Part shown: positions 19,397 to 29,900 of the stretch, piece by piece | Layout of the letters: the number at the start of each line of letters is the position of its first letter | How positions within the stretch are numbered: the stretch's first letter is position 1 | NCBI GenBank assembly: GCA_965220965.1 | Contig: OZ244852.1 | Coordinates: 96,001-160,000, forward strand | Direction of reading: 5' to 3' | DNA length: 64,000 bases | DNA from: Candidatus Marinacidobacterium sp. | GTDB taxonomy: Bacteria > Acidobacteriota > Vicinamibacteria > Marinacidobacterales > Marinacidobacteraceae | Notes under the pieces: generated by a model | What the model was told of the DNA's origin: nothing | What the model saw: the letters and a program-made list of their open reading frames with translations, nothing else | Databases searched by the model: none | Translations under genes and position numbers: made by a program

Positions 19397-20449
19397 CTAC
19401 CAGATATCCCCGAGCGTGAAGCCCTCGGGGAAGGGGTCCGCCGGGTCCACCGAGTACTGGGCGACGCCGGTGATCCACGCCGTCCCGCTGATCGTCGGGA
19501 CGACCGCCGGTACGCCGCCCACCGTGGTCCGGCGGACCAGGCGGCCGATGAACTCCGTGCCCACCGGACCGCGGTTCACGAAGTCCTCGCCGAGGTCCAG
19601 TTCTCCGCGGGCGTGGAGGGCGGCCATCCGGGCGCAGGTCCCGGTGCCGCAGGGGGACCGGTCGAGCGCTCCCGTCCAGGTCTCCGGCCGGTCCCAATCG
19701 AGGTCTCCGGTGGCGACCGACACCGCGTTCGAGGCGGTTCCGGCGGCGCGGTCCCACGGCCCGGTGAGCTGTCCGATGCTGGCGCGGCGGATGTCCGGGT
19801 TCTCCGGGTGGACCGCCTCGAGCTGCTCCCGCGCCGCCTGTTTCACCATGGCGCCCACCCGGGCGAGCTGGCGGCCGTCTTCCGGCCGGATCTCCAGCCC
19901 GAAGCGCGCTGCGTCGGCGATCGCGTAGAACATCCCGCCCCAGGACACGTCCACTTCGACCTCGCCCAGCGTCGGGATCTCCACCCGAGCTCCCAGATGG
20001 ACCGGGAACGCGGGGACGTTCTCGAACGTCACCCGGGTCACCTTGCCTCCCTCGACCCGCGCCTCGACCGCCACCAGCCCCGCCGGCGTCTCGAGGACCA
20101 GCTCGGTGACCGGTTCCTTCGCCGGGAGCATCCCGGTCTCGAGGAGCGCGGTGACCGTGCACATCGTGTTCGTCCCCGACATCGGCGGGTACTCGGTCTG
20201 CTCCATGATGACGAACCCGGCGTCCGCATCCGGGTGGGTCGGCGGCAGGACCAGATTGCAGTTCGAGGCCGGATAGCCGCGCGGCTCCCGCAGCATCAGC
20301 TTGCGGAGCCCATCGGCGCGCTGCTCCAGGTACTGCATCTTCCGGAACATCGTCTCGCCCGGGACATCGAGCACACCGCCCACGATGACCCGCCCGGGCT
20401 CCCCGGCGGCGTGGAGATCCACCGCGTGGATCACCCGGTTCGTTCGCAT
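19397..20449 (-). CDS. proline racemase family protein (Ser/Cys dyad type)
   Basis: DLHAAGEPGR, REPRG, PMSGTNT, DRSPCGTGT. Confidence 0.9.
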   Translation of the reverse strand: MRTNRVIHAVDLHAAGEPGRVIVGGVLDVPGETMFRKMQYLEQRADGLRKLMLREPRGYPASNCNLVLPPTHPDADAGFVIMEQTEYPPMSGTNTMCTVTALLETGMLPAKEPVTELVLETPAGLVAVEARVEGGKVTRVTFENVPAFPVHLGARVEIPTLGEVEVDVSWGGMFYAIADAARFGLEIRPEDGRQLARVGAMVKQAAREQLEAVHPENPDIRRASIGQLTGPWDRAAGTASNAVSVATGDLDWDRPETWTGALDRSPCGTGTCARMAALHARGELDLGEDFVNRGPVGTEFIGRLVRRTTVGGVPAVVPTISGTAWITGVAQYSVDPADPFPEGFTLGDIW

Positions 20450-20541
20450 GCCTCGATTCCCCGCCGCCGCTTCGCGGGGGCCATCCTATCCGGGCGCCGG
20501 GGGGTCGCCGGCCCCTCCCCCCGCTGTATCGTTCCGGCCCG

Positions 20542-20826
20542 ATGACGAAGAGCCTTCGAGGCCGACCCCTGCGCCAGGCGGCGTGGCTCGTCGCGCTCCT
20601 CGCCCTGCTCACCGGGCCGGTCGCCGCCGCGGCGGACTGGCACGGGGATCACGAGGCCGAAGTCCACTGCGCGGTCTGCCATGCCGGCCACCAGGTCTCC
20701 CACCTGGCCGCATCGCCCGCCGTCGTCATCGTCCGGACGATCGGGTTCGTCACCGCGGCGCCGGGCGCCGCTCCGGTCGCCCCGACAGCCCGCCGCTCCA
20801 GTCCGGCTCGCGCCCCTCCCGCGTAG
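20542..20826 (+). CDS. DUF2946/CruR-like leader protein (CxxC ... RAPP)
   Basis: Signal-like N-terminus, HGDH..HCAVCH..H, C-terminal ARAPPA; directly upstream of a TonB-dependent receptor. Confidence 0.7.
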   Translation: MTKSLRGRPLRQAAWLVALLALLTGPVAAAADWHGDHEAEVHCAVCHAGHQVSHLAASPAVVIVRTIGFVTAAPGAAPVAPTARRSSPARAPPA

Positions 20827-21008
20827 GTCGACCCAGCCGCGCCCGTTCGCCGCTCGGCGGTGAACGCCGGACCAGCCGACGCCCCTGCGTCGCTGCGCGT
20901 CCCGGCGCGCTCCGTTTCCGACCCGCGTCGGATACGCCCCCGGAGCGCGAGGCGCCGTCCCCGGGCGCGGCTCCGACCGCTTTCGTGGGCGACCCTGCTG
21001 GAGCCAAG

Positions 21009-23405
21009 GTGTTCCGTTTCCTTTCCCTGATCCTTTCTCTTTGTCTCGCGGCGTCCGCCTGGTTCGCCGCCCCTGCTTCCGCGGCGGTCGCCGCCCAGGA
21101 AAGCGGCGCGGTGCGCGGCGCCGTCACCTTCGTCGAGAGCGGCGCTCCGGTCCGGGGCGCCGTGGTCCGGGTCGTCGCCACCGGAGTCTCCTCCACGACC
21201 GACGAGGACGGGCGTTTCGAGATCTCGCCCCTGCCGGTGGGCGCCCATGAACTCGTCGTCGAACACGGGCTCTTCGTCAGCGACCGGCGGAGCATCACCG
21301 TGACCGCTGGCGCCGCCGTCGTGGCCGACTTCGCGATCGAGCCGCTGGTCGCCGAACGGGTCGAGGTCACCGCCACCGCCCCCGGCTACCGCCGGGAGAG
21401 CGCGGTCGTGGGCCGCACCCCCGCCCCGCTGCTCGACACCCCGGCGTCCATCCAGGTGATCGGGCGCGAACTCATCGAGGACCAGGCCGCCGTCGAATCC
21501 GACGAGGCCTACCGCAACTTCGCCGGCCTCACCTCCTCTCCCTACGCCAGCGTCGTGGCCCGCGGGTTCACCCAGCGGGACTTCGTCTTCAACGGCGTCC
21601 GGGGCAACCCCTTCGGCAGCCTCGGCGGGGACGTCAACAACTCCGGCTTCAGCGTGAGCCAGCTCCAGCTCACGAACATCGAGCGGATCGAGGTCCTCAA
21701 GGGCCCGGCCTCGGTGCTCTACGGCTCCACCGAGCCCGGCGGCGTCGTCAACTTCGTGAGCGTGAAGCCGCAGGAGGAGTGGAACGTCGAGGGGAGCCTG
21801 CGGCTCGGCCAGTACGGCCAGTTCTTCGGTCACGGTGAGATCACCGGGGCGATCGATGAAGGCGGGCGGTTGCTCCACCGGGTGGCCGCGTACGGCAGCA
21901 CTCGCGACAGCTTCCGGAACAACGCGTCGATGGCGAACACCCACATCGTGAGCAACGCGCTGTGGCGGGTCACCGACAGCGCGACGATCGCGGTGGATTA
22001 CGAGAACATCACCCAGAATCTCGCGGGACACCGCCTGCGGGGCGTTCCGGTCAACTCCGACGGCGAGTTCCTCACCGACATCGCCTGGACCGCCACCGAA
22101 CCCACGGACTTCACCGAGCTGGACGCCCACGTTCTCCAGGTCCGCTGGGACCAGATCTTCGCGGATGACTGGACGCTGGACGCCACGGTCCGGTATCTCC
22201 AGTACGACCGGCAGCAGGAGTACCACGAGCCGCGCGGGATCACCGCCGAGAACACGATGAAGCGGCATTTCCGCGACCAGACGCGGGAAAACGACGACAT
22301 CGGTGTCGTGCTGAACGTGAACCGGATCCTCCGGACCGGTTCGGTCACCCACCGGCTGCTCTTCGGCGCCGACATGTTCCGGCAGGACCACCTGTTCCGC
22401 TACGGCAGGGCGCGCGATACGGCGGCCGGCGGCCCGGTCCCCGACCTGTCGCTGTCCGATCCGGTCTACGGCGTGACGCGCGGGGCTGACTACGGCCTCA
22501 CCGAGGACTCCTTCTCGACGGACACCGCCGTGGCCCGGCAGGTCGGGATCTATCTCCAGGACCACCTCGACTTCGGCGACTCGTTCCACCTGGTCGCGGG
22601 CGGCCGCTACAACACCTACGACGACAGCGGCTTCTCCAGCGGGAACGACCTGGTCAGCGAGGAGGCCGGCCTCACCGGACGCCTGGGCCTGGTCTACAAG
22701 CCGATCGCGTCGTGGTCGCTCTACGGCAGCTACTCGACGAGCTTCAACCGGCCGAGCGTGCTGGCGCAGACCCCGAGCGCCAACGGTCCGCACGATCCGG
22801 AGACCGCGGTCCAGCTCGAGCTGGGCGCGAAGACCGACCTGCGCGACGGACTCTCGTTCACCGGCGCGCTCTTCACGATCACCAAGTCGAACGTGCTGCG
22901 GCCCGATCCGGACTACGGCCCGACCGGGGCCAACTGGAACGCCGCGCTCCAGGTGGGCGAGGCGAGGAACCGGGGATTCGAGCTCGAGCTGCTCGGCGAA
23001 CTCGCGTCGGGCTGGGACGTCGCGGCGAACTACGCCTTCCTCGACTCCGAGATCCTCGAGGACACGAGCGCCGACGTCGTCGGCTCGCCGCTGCCGAACG
23101 CCGCCCGCCACGCCCTCGGCGTCTTCACCCGATTCGAGCTGCCGTGGGAGCTGGCGCTCGGGGCGGGGGTCACCTCGGTCGGGGAGCGCTTCGAGCCCTA
23201 CGCCGGCATCCGGGTCCCGGCGTACACCGTCATGGACCTTCACGCCTACCGGCGGCTTGGACCTTACGCGCGGCTCCACGTGAAGCTGGAGAACGCCTTC
23301 GACACGATCTACGCCACGAGCGCGCTCTTCTCCGCCCGGGCGGGGAACTTCCCCGGGCAGCCCCGGACGCTCTCGGTGATGGTGACCTTCAACGGCCTGC
23401 GCTGA
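21009..23405 (+). CDS. TonB-dependent receptor with N-terminal carboxypeptidase-regulatory-like domain
   Basis: GTG 21009 signal peptide; TPASIQVI, IERIEVLKGPASVLYG..EPGGVVN plug motif; ENAFD..Y and PGQPRT C-terminus. Confidence 0.9.
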   Translation: MFRFLSLILSLCLAASAWFAAPASAAVAAQESGAVRGAVTFVESGAPVRGAVVRVVATGVSSTTDEDGRFEISPLPVGAHELVVEHGLFVSDRRSITVTAGAAVVADFAIEPLVAERVEVTATAPGYRRESAVVGRTPAPLLDTPASIQVIGRELIEDQAAVESDEAYRNFAGLTSSPYASVVARGFTQRDFVFNGVRGNPFGSLGGDVNNSGFSVSQLQLTNIERIEVLKGPASVLYGSTEPGGVVNFVSVKPQEEWNVEGSLRLGQYGQFFGHGEITGAIDEGGRLLHRVAAYGSTRDSFRNNASMANTHIVSNALWRVTDSATIAVDYENITQNLAGHRLRGVPVNSDGEFLTDIAWTATEPTDFTELDAHVLQVRWDQIFADDWTLDATVRYLQYDRQQEYHEPRGITAENTMKRHFRDQTRENDDIGVVLNVNRILRTGSVTHRLLFGADMFRQDHLFRYGRARDTAAGGPVPDLSLSDPVYGVTRGADYGLTEDSFSTDTAVARQVGIYLQDHLDFGDSFHLVAGGRYNTYDDSGFSSGNDLVSEEAGLTGRLGLVYKPIASWSLYGSYSTSFNRPSVLAQTPSANGPHDPETAVQLELGAKTDLRDGLSFTGALFTITKSNVLRPDPDYGPTGANWNAALQVGEARNRGFELELLGELASGWDVAANYAFLDSEILEDTSADVVGSPLPNAARHALGVFTRFELPWELALGAGVTSVGERFEPYAGIRVPAYTVMDLHAYRRLGPYARLHVKLENAFDTIYATSALFSARAGNFPGQPRTLSVMVTFNGLR

Positions 23406-23468
23406 CGGAGGCGGATCGCCCCGAACCGGCGCCGGGGTCCTGTCGGACCCCGCTCTTCCGGAACCGGG

Positions 23469-25124
23469 TCAGTTCCCCTGGGGGCGTCCGCGTCCTGAGA
23501 CGTTGAGGACGCCCCCTCCCTCCAGCGCCACCAGAGCACCGGCCTCGGGGATCTCCAGCTCCTGGACGGTCCCCGAGGGCCACCGGATCGAGATCGGAGT
23601 TCCTTCGGGGCCCGCCAGCAGGATGCGCCGCGCATTCGTGGACAGGTAGCTCGACCCGGCGGTGACGAGGGAGAGCGCTCCGCCGGTCCGCACGATCGCT
23701 CCCACCCCCTCTCGCGGGGATTCGCGGCCCACGAGTCGCAGCGACGCGGCGGCGCGGCCAGCGGACTCGTTGCGCAGCAGCCCCGCCGGGCCGCCGGAGC
23801 GTGACGCCGCGAGGTCCACCCGGCCGTCGCCATCGAAGTCCCCGGTCGCCAGTCCCCGACCCACCCGGGGGGCAAGCCCGAGCGCAACCGGCTCGAACCG
23901 GCCGCCGAGGTTCCGGAAGCAGGCGTCGGGCTGAAGGTAGGTCGAGCCCGGGAACAGCAGATCGGCGTTCGGAAGCACGTGTCCGTTCGCCACGCAGACA
24001 TCGGGGAGGCCGTCGCTGTCCAGATCGGCGAACACCACCCCGAATCCCAGCCGGGCGAGCGTCGGGCGCCCGACGCCGGAGAGGAACGATGCGTCCCGGA
24101 ACACGCCGTGGCGGTCGGCCACGTGGAGGGTGTTTGGCTCGCCCTGGAAGTTCGTGACGAACAGGTCGAGGTCGCCGTCCGGTTCGATGTCGGCGGCGGC
24201 CACTCCCATGCCCGCCAGCGCGTTCCCGTCGCCGTCGTAGGCGACTCCCGCCGGGAGTCCCCGCTCCCGGAAGCGCAGTCCCCCGACGTTCTCGAACAGG
24301 AAATTGGGCGTCGTGTCGTTCGCGACCAGCAGGTCGGGCAGACCGTCTCCGATCCAGTCCCCCGCCAGCGCTCCGAGTCCTTTCCCGGCGGCGAGCGCCA
24401 CCCCGGCGAGCTCCCCGATTTCCCGGAACGCGCCGTCCCCGAGGTTCTCGTAGAGCAGGTCGGGCGCTCCCCGGAACGCGTCGGGCAGGCAGTAGGAGCG
24501 GACCCGTTCCCCGCCGACGGTCCGGGCGCATTCCGGATTTCGCGTCGGGGACCAGTCCAGATAGCGGGTCACGAACAGATCGAGGTCCCCGTCCCGGTCC
24601 AGATCGGCAAAGGCCGCCCCCGCGCTCCAGCCGTCTCCCTCGACGCCGACCGCGCGCCGCGCGAATGTCCCGTCGCCGAGGTTCTCGTAGTAGAGGTCGG
24701 GTCCCGCCCGGGTCAGGAAGAGATCGGGATCCCCGTCGGCGTCCACATCGGCCGCCACCGCGCCCATCCCGTAGCCCGGAGACGGCGCCGGTCCTCCGAA
24801 CCCGGCCTCCCGGCTCACGTCGCGGAAGCGTCCGCGGCCGTCGTTGCGGAACAGCGCTCCGACCCGCGCCGGGGACCGTCCGGCTCCCGGGATCTCGCCT
24901 CCCTCCACGAAGAAGAGGTCGAGCGACCCGTCCCCGTCGTAGTCGAGCGCCGCCACCCCGGATCCCATCGTTTCGGGCGGATGCCATTCCCCCCGCGCCC
25001 CGCGCTCGTGACGGAAGGTGATGCCGACCTCCTCCGCCACGTCCCGCAGCGCGATCTGCGCCGCCTCCGCGGCGCTCGCGGAGAGGAGGAGCCCGCAGAC
25101 TCCGGGGAGGATTCCGACCCTCAC
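23469..25124 (-). CDS. CRTAC1/ASPIC-UnbV family FG-GAP repeat protein
   Basis: Repeated D.D.DG..DL motifs, ETMGSG, GRGLATGDFDGDG, GSSYLS, IRWPSG. Confidence 0.85.
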   Translation of the reverse strand: MRVGILPGVCGLLLSASAAEAAQIALRDVAEEVGITFRHERGARGEWHPPETMGSGVAALDYDGDGSLDLFFVEGGEIPGAGRSPARVGALFRNDGRGRFRDVSREAGFGGPAPSPGYGMGAVAADVDADGDPDLFLTRAGPDLYYENLGDGTFARRAVGVEGDGWSAGAAFADLDRDGDLDLFVTRYLDWSPTRNPECARTVGGERVRSYCLPDAFRGAPDLLYENLGDGAFREIGELAGVALAAGKGLGALAGDWIGDGLPDLLVANDTTPNFLFENVGGLRFRERGLPAGVAYDGDGNALAGMGVAAADIEPDGDLDLFVTNFQGEPNTLHVADRHGVFRDASFLSGVGRPTLARLGFGVVFADLDSDGLPDVCVANGHVLPNADLLFPGSTYLQPDACFRNLGGRFEPVALGLAPRVGRGLATGDFDGDGRVDLAASRSGGPAGLLRNESAGRAAASLRLVGRESPREGVGAIVRTGGALSLVTAGSSYLSTNARRILLAGPEGTPISIRWPSGTVQELEIPEAGALVALEGGGVLNVSGRGRPQGN

Positions 25125-25152
25125 TCCCCGTCGTCCAGCCGGCGCACCCGCT

Positions 25153-25401
25153 TCAGGCGGCCGGACCCGCCGCGGCGCACTCCGGCGAGCAGTAGTTCCG
25201 CCCGGCGCGAGTCACGATCTCGTCTCTCGGCACATGGAGATCGCAGTGGGCGCAGCCGACGACTTCTCCCCGCAGCTCCCTCTGGCCAGGTCCGCGGACC
25301 ACTTCCGGCGCCGGGCGCTTCGGCCGAATCAGCGCCCGGATCACCCCCCAGACGATCCGCACGAGGACGACCGCCGCCAGGATCTGCAGGAGGCGGAGCA
25401 T
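25153..25401 (-). CDS. PP0621-like small membrane protein with Cys ribbon
   Basis: N-terminal TM segment, CAHCDLHVP...YCSPEC. Confidence 0.7.
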   Translation of the reverse strand: MLRLLQILAAVVLVRIVWGVIRALIRPKRPAPEVVRGPGQRELRGEVVGCAHCDLHVPRDEIVTRAGRNYCSPECAAAGPAA

Positions 25402-25432
25402 CGGGTCCGCGAACGATCTTACTTTCGGGTCA

Positions 25433-26194
25433 TCAGGACGGGGTTGCGGCGCCGCCGTCCCACCGGCAGGACCAGAGGAAGAGCTCCCGTCCCCGTTCGC
25501 CGAAGGGGTAGGGCAGGCGCTCCGGCGCGAAGCCCGCCTGGCGAAAGAGGCGCTCCCAGGTCGCGACCCGGAAGAGCCCCACCGTGTGCCGGTCCACTTC
25601 GACCCGCACATCGTCGCCCTCGCGCAGGAAGAACACGTAGACGGTGTCCATGACGGATCCGCCGGAGGGCCGGGTCGAGGAGTACTCCACGAACGTCAGC
25701 TCGCGTTTCCCGTCGCGCCGGGTCTCGTGCGAAACATGGGGGGAGACGAAGGTGTCGGCGTAATCGTCGGGGACGACGAGGAGGCGGCCTCCGGGGCGCA
25801 GGTGGGCCCGCGCGGTGGTGAAAGCCGCGAGGAGGTGGTCCTCGGTCGTCATGTAGGAGACGGCGTCGTGGATGAGCACCGCGTCGAAGGTCGAGCCGAG
25901 GCGGACCGTGCGCATGTCGCCGATGTGGTGGCGGACGTCGGGGTTCAGCCGCCGGGAGTGCGCCAGCATGCCCTCCGAGAGATCCACCGCGGTGGCCTGG
26001 TGGCGCGCGGCGATCCGGTGGAGGTGGTGGCCGCCGCCGGAACCCAGGTCGAGCAGCCGGAGCCGGCGGTCGCCGAAGGCGTCGGCCAGCGCCCGGAGAA
26101 TGTGGTCGGACTCTTCGGCGTAGTCCTCCGGCGGGCTCATCAGCGGCCAGAGATCGGCGAGGTCGGTGTAGAGGCGTCCCGGCGGCTCGCTCAT
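25433..26194 (-). CDS. class I SAM-dependent methyltransferase
   Basis: LLDLGSGGG, VDLSEGML, GDMR, FDAVLIHDA, HLRPGG. Confidence 0.9.
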   Translation of the reverse strand: MSEPPGRLYTDLADLWPLMSPPEDYAEESDHILRALADAFGDRRLRLLDLGSGGGHHLHRIAARHQATAVDLSEGMLAHSRRLNPDVRHHIGDMRTVRLGSTFDAVLIHDAVSYMTTEDHLLAAFTTARAHLRPGGRLLVVPDDYADTFVSPHVSHETRRDGKRELTFVEYSSTRPSGGSVMDTVYVFFLREGDDVRVEVDRHTVGLFRVATWERLFRQAGFAPERLPYPFGERGRELFLWSCRWDGGAATPS

Positions 26195-26408
26195 GCGGCG
26201 GGGACCTCGACCTGCGTCACGTAGACTTGGCGTGGCATCGGCCCTCCCGCTTCATCGGGACCGGCGGTCCCGGGAACTCCAGCGCTTCCGCCAGATTGTC
26301 GCGGGCCCCGGCGACCGTGTCTCCCTGGCTCACGACTTTCGGTCCCGGAGCGAGCGCTACGAATCTGTCTCGATCACGGTCCACGATGGCGGTCCGGGTT
26401 CTGCTCAC
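26191..26408 (-). pseudogene. frameshifted HicB-family antitoxin
   Basis: TAIVDRDRDRFVAL..SQGDTVAGARDNLAEALEF in one frame; HicB-like tail GTAGPDE...QVYVTQVEVPAA* in a shifted frame. Confidence 0.6.
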
Positions 26409-26514
26409 GCTCGTTTCCTCGGCGGCGATGCTCGGCGCAACCTGCGGGAGGGAGGGGACACCGCCAGAGCCGGCCCAAGGGAGTCAGGATAGGCCGACTT
26501 CCGGAGAAACGCCC

Positions 26515-26910
26515 ATGTCGCCTGAAACCATGGACTCCAGCGGACTCGCGCCCTGTCCGGAGCGCTGGAACTGCGTCGTCAGCCGCGAGGACGCGCTTCC
26601 GCGTCACCGCATCGAGCCGTTCCGCGTCGCCGGGGCGCCCGAGGCGGCGTTCGACCGGCTGCGCGGGCTGCTCGAGTCATGGCCCCGGACGACGGTCGTC
26701 GAGGCGGGGAGCGGCCTCCTTCGCGCGGAATGCCGCAGCCGGCTGGGATTCACCGACGACCTCGAGTTCCGGTGGGATCCGGCGCGAAGCGTGATCCACG
26801 TCCGCTCCGCCTCCCGCGTCGGGATGTGGGACCTCGGCGTCAACCGGCGTCGGGTCGAGGCGCTGCGCGGGCGCTTCCAGGAACCCCGGAGCTCGCCAGA
26901 GCCCCGCTGA
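26515..26910 (+). CDS. DUF1499 domain protein
   Basis: LAPCPERWNCVVS, GFTDDLEF, IHVRSASRVG.WDLGVNRRRVE; GGAG RBS before ATG 26515 (alternative start 26386). Confidence 0.85.
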   Translation: MSPETMDSSGLAPCPERWNCVVSREDALPRHRIEPFRVAGAPEAAFDRLRGLLESWPRTTVVEAGSGLLRAECRSRLGFTDDLEFRWDPARSVIHVRSASRVGMWDLGVNRRRVEALRGRFQEPRSSPEPR

Positions 26911-29900
26911 CGCTCCGTCTTCCGTCCCGGGCCTCGTGAAGCAGCGAGGTCAGCACCGGGACGAGGAAGAGGGTGATCATGGTGGCGAACGCGACGCCGA
27001 ACGCCAGCGAAGCGGCCATCGGGATGAGGAACTGGGCCTGCGCGCTCCGTTCGGCGAGCAGCGGCGCAAGGCCCGCGCAGGTCGTCACCGTCGTGAGCAG
27101 AACGGGGCGGAAACGGAGGGGGCCGGCGGCGAGGATCGCCTCCCGGGCGGGCATGCCGCCGCGCCGGTTGGCGTTGATGAAGTGGAGCAGGACGAGCGCG
27201 TCGTTCACCACGATCCCGGTCAGCGGGACGATGCCGAAGAAGCTGGGCATCGACAGTTTCACCCCCAGCAGCAGGTGGCCGAGGACGGCGCCCGCCATCC
27301 CGAAGGGAACCGCAGCCAGGATCACGAAGGGCTGGGTCCACGAGGAGAGCGGGATCGCGAGCAGCGCGTAGATCAGGATCACCGCGAGGATCAGGTGCTG
27401 TCCGAGCGCCGCCAGGGTGTCCGCCTGGTCTCCGGCGAGGCCCGCCACCTCGACCCGGACGCCCGGGAATCGCGCCTCGAGGTCTTCGAAGGTTCCGGCC
27501 TGCAGACGGGAGAGCAGCGCGCCGCTGGACGCCAGTTCCGGGTTCACCGCGGCGTGGACCGTCACTGCGCGCCGGCCGTCCACCCGCCGCACGACCGCCA
27601 GCCCCGATTCCGGGGACACCGAGGCCACCTCCTCGAGCGGCGCCACCCCGCCGTCCGGCCGGCGGACCAGCATGTCCCGGATCGCCTCGGAGCTGCTCCG
27701 CTCCCCGGCCGGCGCCCGGAGCATGACCCGGACCTCGTCGCGCCCGCGCTGGATCCGCTGGACCTCCTCTCCGTAGACCGTCTGGCGCAGTTGTCGCCCG
27801 AAGTCGACGGCGCCGATGCCGGTCCCCGCGCCCCCGGGGCGAACCCGGGCCACCAGTTCGGGGGCCAGTCCCTCGAGGTCGTCCCAGACCGCCGTGACCC
27901 CCTGGAATCCGGCGAGCGTCGCCTGCAGAGCGTCCGCCGCCTCGCGGAGCTGGTCCATCCGGTCGCCGCGGAGCCGGAGGGAGACATCCGCCTCCTGTCC
28001 GAGGATCGAATTGACGATCGTCACCTCGGCCCCGTGGGGGAGGTCGCGGGCCCGCTCCCGAAGCCGGTCCGCCACCGACCGCGCCGAGAACCCGGACTGC
28101 TCCTCCGCCGGGACGAGCGCCACCAGGAGCTGACCCGCCGCGGTCGATGCCATCGCGGCGCTCCCCCCGACCGGGCCTCCCGGGCCATGCGAGAGCTGCT
28201 GTCCGGAGAGCGTCGCGATGTAGCGCATGGGATCCACGCCCTGATCCCGCCGGATGTCTTCGCGGATGTCCTCCGCCGCCGCTTCCAGCTCCCGGACGAC
28301 ATCGCGGGTGGCCTCGAAGGGAGAGCCCGCGGGCAGCGACACCTGAACCGTCACGATGTCGCTGTCGAAGGGCGGCGTCATCTCCACCGGGACCCACCCG
28401 CCCCGGACGAGACCGGCGGCGAGCGCCACCCAGAAGATCCCGAGCGCGATCGTGGCGAGCCGGTTGCGCAGCGCCCACCCCAGCGCCGGGCGGTAGGCCC
28501 GACGGATCGTCGCCTCCAGCGCCCGCTGCACCCCGCCCCGGATCCGCGCCAGGATCCGGCTGGGCCGGATCCGGATGCCGCCGTGGACCAGGTGGTGCGG
28601 CAGGATCCAGGCGGCGTCCAGCAGCGAGAACGCCAGCACCGGAAGCACGATGCGGGGCAGGTTGCCCATGAGCTCTCCCCAGACGCCTGGCAGCCCCAGC
28701 AGCGGAAGGAACGCCGCCATGGTGGTCAGCACGCCGAACGCCGCCGGGAACAGCACCTGCCGGGCGCCGAGCACCGCGGCCCCCACCCGGTCGGCCGCCC
28801 CGGCCATCCGCCGCTCGATGTTCTCCCCCACCACGATCGCATCGTCGACCACGATCCCGAGCGTCAGGATGAACCCGAACAGGCTGATCATGTTCAGGGT
28901 GACCCCGAGGCCCGGCATCAGGAGGAACGCCCCGAAGAACGCCACCGGCAGCCCGGCCGCCGTCCACACCGCGACCCGGCTCGACAGGGCCAGGAACAGC
29001 ACGAGGAAGATGAGCGCGAGACCCTGCAGGCCGTTCCGGACCAGGACCGACATCCGGCTCTCGTAGAGCTCCCACGCGTCATACCAGGGGGTCGCCGAGA
29101 TCGCCTCCGGGAGCGCCGCCGAGATCCGGCGCACCTCGGCGTGGACCGCCTCGGCCGTCTCGAGCAGCCGCGCTCCCGGCGCCTGGAGGACCTCGAGGAA
29201 GATCGCAGGCTCTCCGTTCATGCGCGCGCTCCGGCGGACATCCGCGAAGCCGTCCGTCACGACCCCCACATCGCCGAGCGTGACCGCCCCCCCGCCGGGG
29301 GCCGCGATCAGCGGGATGCGCTCGAACTCCCGGGCGTTCGAGGCCTCCGCATCGGCGCGGAGCCTCACCTCCGCGGTCGGCGTGCGCACCGAGCCGCCCG
29401 GGATGTCCATCGACTGCCGCCGCACCGCCGCCGCAACCTGGTCGAAGGTGAGCCCGAACCGGGTCAGCGCGTCGGACGAGACTTCGATCGCGACCTCGTA
29501 GTCGCGGCCGCTCGCCACCTCGACGGCGGAGACTCCGGCAACCTGGGCGAGCTCGTCGCGCGCCCGGCGCGCCGCTTCGGTGAGCGAGCGTTCGTCGGCC
29601 GCGCCGTGAACCGCGATCCGCAGCAGGAGCCGGTCCACCGCGATCTCGGAGATCACCGGATCCTCGGCGTCCCCGGGGAGGGTGGTGAGCGACTCGACCC
29701 TCTCGCGCACGTCGTCGCTGACCGACCGGAAGTCCGCCCACGACTCGACCGCGACGGTGAACAGCCCGAGCCCGTCGGTGGCGACCGCGGTCGTCTCCTC
29801 GATGCCGGAGACGTCGCGGACGGCCTCCTCGAGCGCGGTCAGCACCGCTTCCTCGATGACCTCGGCGGACGCGCCGGGGACGACGGTTCGCACCAGGAGC

